DNA of 64,000 nucleotides from an uncultured candidatus Porisulfidus sp. (GTDB lineage Bacteria; Pseudomonadota; Gammaproteobacteria; Poriferisulfidales; Oxydemutatoraceae): NCBI GenBank assembly GCA_965200865.1, contig CBDAVG010000002.1, positions 1,583,942 to 1,647,941 of the forward strand, read 5' to 3'. Shown piece by piece: positions 61,813 to 64,000 of this stretch (position 1 is its first letter; each line of letters starts with the position of its first letter). The notes under the pieces were generated by a model. It saw only the letters and a program-made list of their open reading frames with translations, ran no database searches and was not told where the DNA came from. The position numbers and the translations under genes were made by a program.

Positions 61813-62019
61813 TTAACGATTATAACGCTTGCGGAATTTGTCAACTTGACCGGCACTTTCTAAAATTTTCTGCTTGCCTGTGTAAAAAGGATGGCAGGCT
61901 GCACAAACTTCAACTGCCATTTGTTGTTCTGGATAAGTCGAACGAACTTTATATTTAGCACCGCAACTACAAGTCACGTCAACATATTTATATTCAGGGT
62001 GTATATCTATTCTCATCAT
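61813..62019 (-). CDS. rpmE: 50S ribosomal protein L31 (zinc-binding type A)
   Basis: Carries DIHPEY, CSCG, CAACHPFYTGKQK and VDKFRKRY. The start is either of two adjacent ATGs (62019 or 62016). Confidence 0.95.
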   Translation of the reverse strand: MMRIDIHPEYKYVDVTCSCGAKYKVRSTYPEQQMAVEVCAACHPFYTGKQKILESAGQVDKFRKRYNR

Positions 62020-62058
62020 GGATTTAGAGTTAAATGCGTATGATAGCCGAATCCGAAG

Positions 62059-63246
62059 CTATAGACAAGAGGAATCGCTACGATTATGCGATGTTGGTTT
62101 ATGAAATAGCTTGGCTATGCTCTTAACAAGACGGTCAATGTCGGCTTCTTGATGCGCTGCGGATAGCATGATCCTAAGACGAGCTGTCCCCGGCGGCACG
62201 GTGGGGGGGCGTATCGCAACAACCAACAAACCCTCTTTCAGCAAAGCATCGCTTAAATCCATTGCCGATTTAGCGTCTCCGACGACGATGCCCTGAATCG
62301 CAGTTGTTGAGTCCAAACAGGGAATTTCATATTCGGTCATCATACTTCTAAATAAATTGATATTCCTATGCAGTGTGTTGCGACGAGTATCGTCGGTTTG
62401 GATAATTTCTAAGCTCGCTTGCGCGGCGCAAACAACTGGGGGAGGTAATGCGGTTGTGTAGATATAGGTACGTGCTTTTTGTATTAAAGCCTCTATTAAA
62501 TCATCGCTGCCAGCAACAAAGGCTCCGCCAGCACCTAAGGCTTTGCCCAAAGTTGCCATCATTACCGGTACTTGCTTTTGGTTCAACCCGAAGTGTTCGA
62601 GGCTACCGCTTCCCGAAGCTCCCAACACACCGAAGCCGTGCGCATCATCAACGACTAAAATCGCAGAGTATTCGCTACAAATAGTGGATAACTCAGTCAG
62701 TGGAGCAATATCTCCCGCCATACTAAATACTGCATCGCTGACAACAACAGCGTATTTTTTTGCAAGTTTTAGACCTTGGCGCAGAGATTCGGTATTGCTG
62801 TGCGCATAACGGTGCAAGTTTGCACGCGACAACAAAGCAGCATCAACCAGCGATGCATGGTTTAATTTATCTTCGTAAATGGAAGTATGCCTATCTGCCA
62901 ATGTCGTCAATATGCCCAAATTAGCCATATAACCACAGGAAAATACTAAAGCCCGATCCCTAGATACAAATTTTGCCAAAGACTCCTCAAGCATTTGATG
63001 TGCGGTTGTATAGCCGTCGACCAAACAAGAAGCACCGGAACTAGTTCCGTATAGACGCGCACCTTCTACGCAAGCATTCACCACATAGGGATCGCTCGCA
63101 AGTCCTAGATAGTCGTTGCTTGAGAAAGATAAAACCTCTTGTCCGTTCCATACACGCAAAACACCCTTACATCCCAAGCTGACATGTCTTTTGCGGTAAA
63201 GATTGTGGCTATGTTGATAGGCAATAATAGAATGTAGATTTTTCAA
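62059..63246 (-). CDS. bioF: 8-amino-7-oxononanoate synthase
   Basis: 395 aa. SNDYLGL, DDAHGFGVLG and TLGKALG (PLP lysine). Downstream of bioB. Confidence 0.92.
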   Translation of the reverse strand: MKNLHSIIAYQHSHNLYRKRHVSLGCKGVLRVWNGQEVLSFSSNDYLGLASDPYVVNACVEGARLYGTSSGASCLVDGYTTAHQMLEESLAKFVSRDRALVFSCGYMANLGILTTLADRHTSIYEDKLNHASLVDAALLSRANLHRYAHSNTESLRQGLKLAKKYAVVVSDAVFSMAGDIAPLTELSTICSEYSAILVVDDAHGFGVLGASGSGSLEHFGLNQKQVPVMMATLGKALGAGGAFVAGSDDLIEALIQKARTYIYTTALPPPVVCAAQASLEIIQTDDTRRNTLHRNINLFRSMMTEYEIPCLDSTTAIQGIVVGDAKSAMDLSDALLKEGLLVVAIRPPTVPPGTARLRIMLSAAHQEADIDRLVKSIAKLFHKPTSHNRSDSSCL

Positions 63247-63273
63247 GAGATGTCGCAGTCATATAATGACTTA

Positions 63274-64000
63274 TTAGTGTGCGGAAATTGTTTGCAAATC
63301 AAGCCGTTTGAATAAATCCATATCACGTTCCGCCTTGGGGTTAGCGGTGGTCAGCAATTTCTCTCCGTAAAACACAGAGTTTGCTCCGGCGAAGAAACAC
63401 AAAGCCTGCATTTCTTCGGACATGAGTTCACGACCCGCAGAAAGCCGCAACCACGACTTAGGCATTATCATACGCGCAGTTGCAATCGTGCGAACAAACT
63501 CTAAACTATCAAGAGCTTCTGTGCCGTAGAGAGGCGTGCCTTCCACCTGCACCAATAGATTAATCGGAACCGATTCAGGATGTGTTTCAAGGTTGGCTAA
63601 TTGACAAAGCAAGCCGACACGCTCGGCACGAGATTCACCCATACCAAGTATGCCTCCGCAACATACTTTTATACCTGCTGCCTTGACACGGTCTAGTGTC
63701 GTAAGCCGTTCTTCATAAGTGCGTGTGGTAATAATGTTGCCGTAAAATTCCGGTGAGGTATCCAAGTTATGGTTGTAATAATCAAGCCCCGCACGTGCCA
63801 ATCTGCGAGTTTGTGCTTCGCTCAACATGCCCAATGTTGCACAAGTTTCTAAACCCATAGCTTTAACCGCTTCCACCATTTCGGCAACACGTTCTAGATT
63901 TCTATCGGTTGGGGATCGCCACGCAGCCCCCATACAAAATCTATCTGCGCCGCTTTGTTTAGCGCGCTTTGCTGCCTTAAGCACTTCTTCGGTAGCCAAC
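63274..64000 (-). CDS. bioB: Biotin synthase (5' end outside window)
   Basis: C-terminal 241 aa. [18 protein letters not shown] and [12 protein letters not shown] motifs. The ORF is open to the window edge. Confidence 0.95.
   Translation of the reverse strand, partial: LATEEVLKAAKRAKQSGADRFCMGAAWRSPTDRNLERVAEMVEAVKAMGLETCATLGMLSEAQTRRLARAGLDYYNHNLDTSPEFYGNIITTRTYEERLTTLDRVKAAGIKVCCGGILGMGESRAERVGLLCQLANLETHPESVPINLLVQVEGTPLYGTEALDSLEFVRTIATARMIMPKSWLRLSAGRELMSEEMQALCFFAGANSVFYGEKLLTTANPKAERDMDLFKRLDLQTISAH

Overview
AT-rich bacterial chromosome segment with gammaproteobacterial housekeeping synteny: glyQ-glyS, ribF-ileS, glmU-glmS, gshA, argB, coaBC-dut, moaC/moaD, degP, coq7, dcd, apbC, lgt-thyA-folA, radC, greA, ubiA, hemL, rpoD, rpmE and bioB-bioF. 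There are three tRNAs: Pro-CGG, Leu-CAG and a CAU tRNA that looks like Ile2. Four things stand out. (1) A tandem array of three intact paralogs plus one relic encodes ~350-aa proteins whose motifs resemble the mostly eukaryotic O-fucosyltransferase GT-B superfamily; it was built by a 1303-bp duplication that also copied the 3' end of dcd. (2) Two tandem secreted sulfatase-LamG fusion genes lie directly after ileS. One is killed by a single in-frame amber codon, and both carry a non-canonical C-F-S-T-R active-site motif. (3) A mosaic family of hairpin/TIR intergenic repeats forms seven clusters. Its TAG terminus coincides with the stop codons of glmS and hemL, another module's TAG-bearing terminus with that of lgt, and one insertion is flanked by a duplicated lgt 3' end. 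(4) An IS110-family element is inserted in the hairpin loop of one repeat, with a ~270-nt non-coding left end that could encode a bridge RNA. A gmhB relic and the sulfatase pseudogene suggest ongoing gene decay. All functional calls come from motif recognition by eye; no database search was run, and the organism is unidentified.
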